DNA of 27,620 bases from a virus (lineage: Duplodnaviria; Caudoviricetes): IMG/VR virus record IMGVR_UViG_3300008255_000394, positions 1-27,620 of that record; one strand, 5' to 3'. The notes beneath the pieces are model-generated. The model saw only the letters and a program-made list of their open reading frames with translations. It was not told the DNA's origin and did no database searches. Positions 26,455 through 27,620 of the stretch are shown piece after piece; positions within the stretch are counted from its first letter, which is position 1; every line of letters begins with the position of its first letter. Made by a program: the position numbers and the translations under genes.

Positions 26455-26672
26455 CAGAAAAAACAAAAGTTGGATTTGGAAAATTAGACATAGCTGGTTG
26501 GAAGAGCATAGGAAAGTCTTTTTTGATAACTGTAGCAGGTGCAGTAATAGGATTTATTGCTGATTTAACTGGAGTAGCGGACTTCGGAAGTTATCAAACA
26601 ATATTAGCAACTACCTTGCCTTTCGTGGCTAATTTTTTATACAAATTGTTAGGAACATATACATCCAAGTAA
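26451..26672 (+). CDS. Holin-like two-TM protein
   Basis: WKSIGKSFLITVAGAVIGFIA...LPFVANFLYKLL; after tail genes. Confidence 0.55.
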   Translation: MTEKTKVGFGKLDIAGWKSIGKSFLITVAGAVIGFIADLTGVADFGSYQTILATTLPFVANFLYKLLGTYTSK

Positions 26673-26675
26673 AAA

Positions 26676-26804
26676 ATGAAACAAGTAAAGAAGAAATGTG
26701 ATAATTGTAAAATCAAATATAATGAATTATACAAATATTTTGATGGAAAAAGAGAAAAATTATTATGTAAAAAATGTTATAATAAAAAACAAATCATATT
26801 ATAA
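26676..26804 (+). CDS. 42-aa Zn-finger protein (not in ORF track)
   Basis: CDNC...LCKKCY; TAATG overlap. Confidence 0.55.
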   Translation: MKQVKKKCDNCKIKYNELYKYFDGKREKLLCKKCYNKKQIIL

Positions 26805-26989
26805 TGGGCGTATTTAGTTCAATATTAATAGAAACATTAAGTGGATTAGTTAAAAACCTTTTTTGGTTTATATTAATTATTTGGGCTGTAAAGACGATTG
26901 TAAAACAAATGCCTAAATGGTTAATTGTTGTTTTCAAAGAAATGGAAAAGTTTAGATTACTTGACGAAACATTACGGAGAAAAAAGTGA
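26804..26989 (+). CDS. Single-TM membrane protein
   Basis: LFWFILIIWAV. Confidence 0.55.
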   Translation: MGVFSSILIETLSGLVKNLFWFILIIWAVKTIVKQMPKWLIVVFKEMEKFRLLDETLRRKK

Positions 26990-27620
26990 TACATCATAAG
27001 ATAAATAATAAAGAGATAAGATTTGGAGTTGTATCTGATACACATCTTTGTTCTGATAGTGAAGATTTAAATTCACTTAATTTAATGTTTGATATCTTTC
27101 AAAAAGAAGGAATTAACATAGTTCTACACGCGGGGGATATAACAGATGGATTTGGGGTTTATCTTGGTCAGGAAAATTCTCTTAAAGTAACAGGAGTAGC
27201 AAAACAAGCAAAATATACAATAGACCACTACCCAATAAGAAAAGGAATTGAAAATTTAATTATAGGCGGAAACCATGATTTAAAGTCATTTAAAAGAACT
27301 GGGATAGATGTATGTAGTTTAATTACTCATGGCGGTTATGTAGAAGATGGAACCGAACAATTTGAAATAAAAGGAAGAAAAGATATTAAATATTTAGGTA
27401 GATATTATGCACGTGTTAAATGGAATGAAATGAATATAGATTTAGTTCATCCAGATTATGGTTTTGCTTACGCGGTTAGTTATTCTCCACAGCGTTACAT
27501 TAATGAATTAGAAGGTGGAAGTAAACCAGATATTCTTTTATTTGGTCATTTACACAGGGCTATGTTTATGAGTTATAGAAATGTAAATTTAATTATGGCG
27601 GGGGCGTTCCAAAAGCAAAA
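26986..27620 (+). CDS. Calcineurin-like metallophosphoesterase, truncated by window end (not in ORF track)
   Basis: GTG start (GTGA overlap); VVSDTH, HAGDITDG, GGNHD, LVHP, FGHLH. Confidence 0.9.
   Translation, partial: MIHHKINNKEIRFGVVSDTHLCSDSEDLNSLNLMFDIFQKEGINIVLHAGDITDGFGVYLGQENSLKVTGVAKQAKYTIDHYPIRKGIENLIIGGNHDLKSFKRTGIDVCSLITHGGYVEDGTEQFEIKGRKDIKYLGRYYARVKWNEMNIDLVHPDYGFAYAVSYSPQRYINELEGGSKPDILLFGHLHRAMFMSYRNVNLIMAGAFQKQ

Noticed and set aside
242-27045. All minus-strand ORFs in the track
   Set aside because: They are shadows of dense + strand genes, with no motifs or expression signals.
1-27620. Alternative genetic code (stop-codon reassignment)
   Set aside because: Long genes are intact under the standard code, and TAA, TGA and TAG all end genes at tight junctions.

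Overview
Strongly AT-rich, entirely + strand packaging and morphogenesis module of a siphovirus-type head-tail virus (Caudoviricetes). Gene order: small accessory ORFs, queC remnant, TGT/DpdA-like protein fused to a probable small terminase, large terminase, HNH, portal (fused to Zn-ribbon and MuF domains), virion proteins, prohead protease, scaffold, major capsid, neck, tail tube, frameshifting tail chaperone, short tape measure, tail-tip proteins, Asp-box propeller, small membrane proteins and a truncated metallophosphoesterase. The host is very probably archaeal: six TTTAAATA/TTTATAAA boxes lie exactly 21 nt before an ATG, and no endolysin is visible in the window. Main finding: the portal gene is broken by a 31-nt insert (4644-4674) that folds into a canonical archaeal bulge-helix-bulge (BHB) motif. 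Cutting at the standard BHB positions regenerates a TGG codon and restores the frame, so this looks like a viral mRNA intron spliced by the host tRNA-splicing endonuclease. The same gene also carries a LAGLIDADG intein. Second finding: a 7-deazaguanine-type transglycosylase domain fused to a TerS-like domain. All calls come from reading motifs and gene order by eye; no searches were run.
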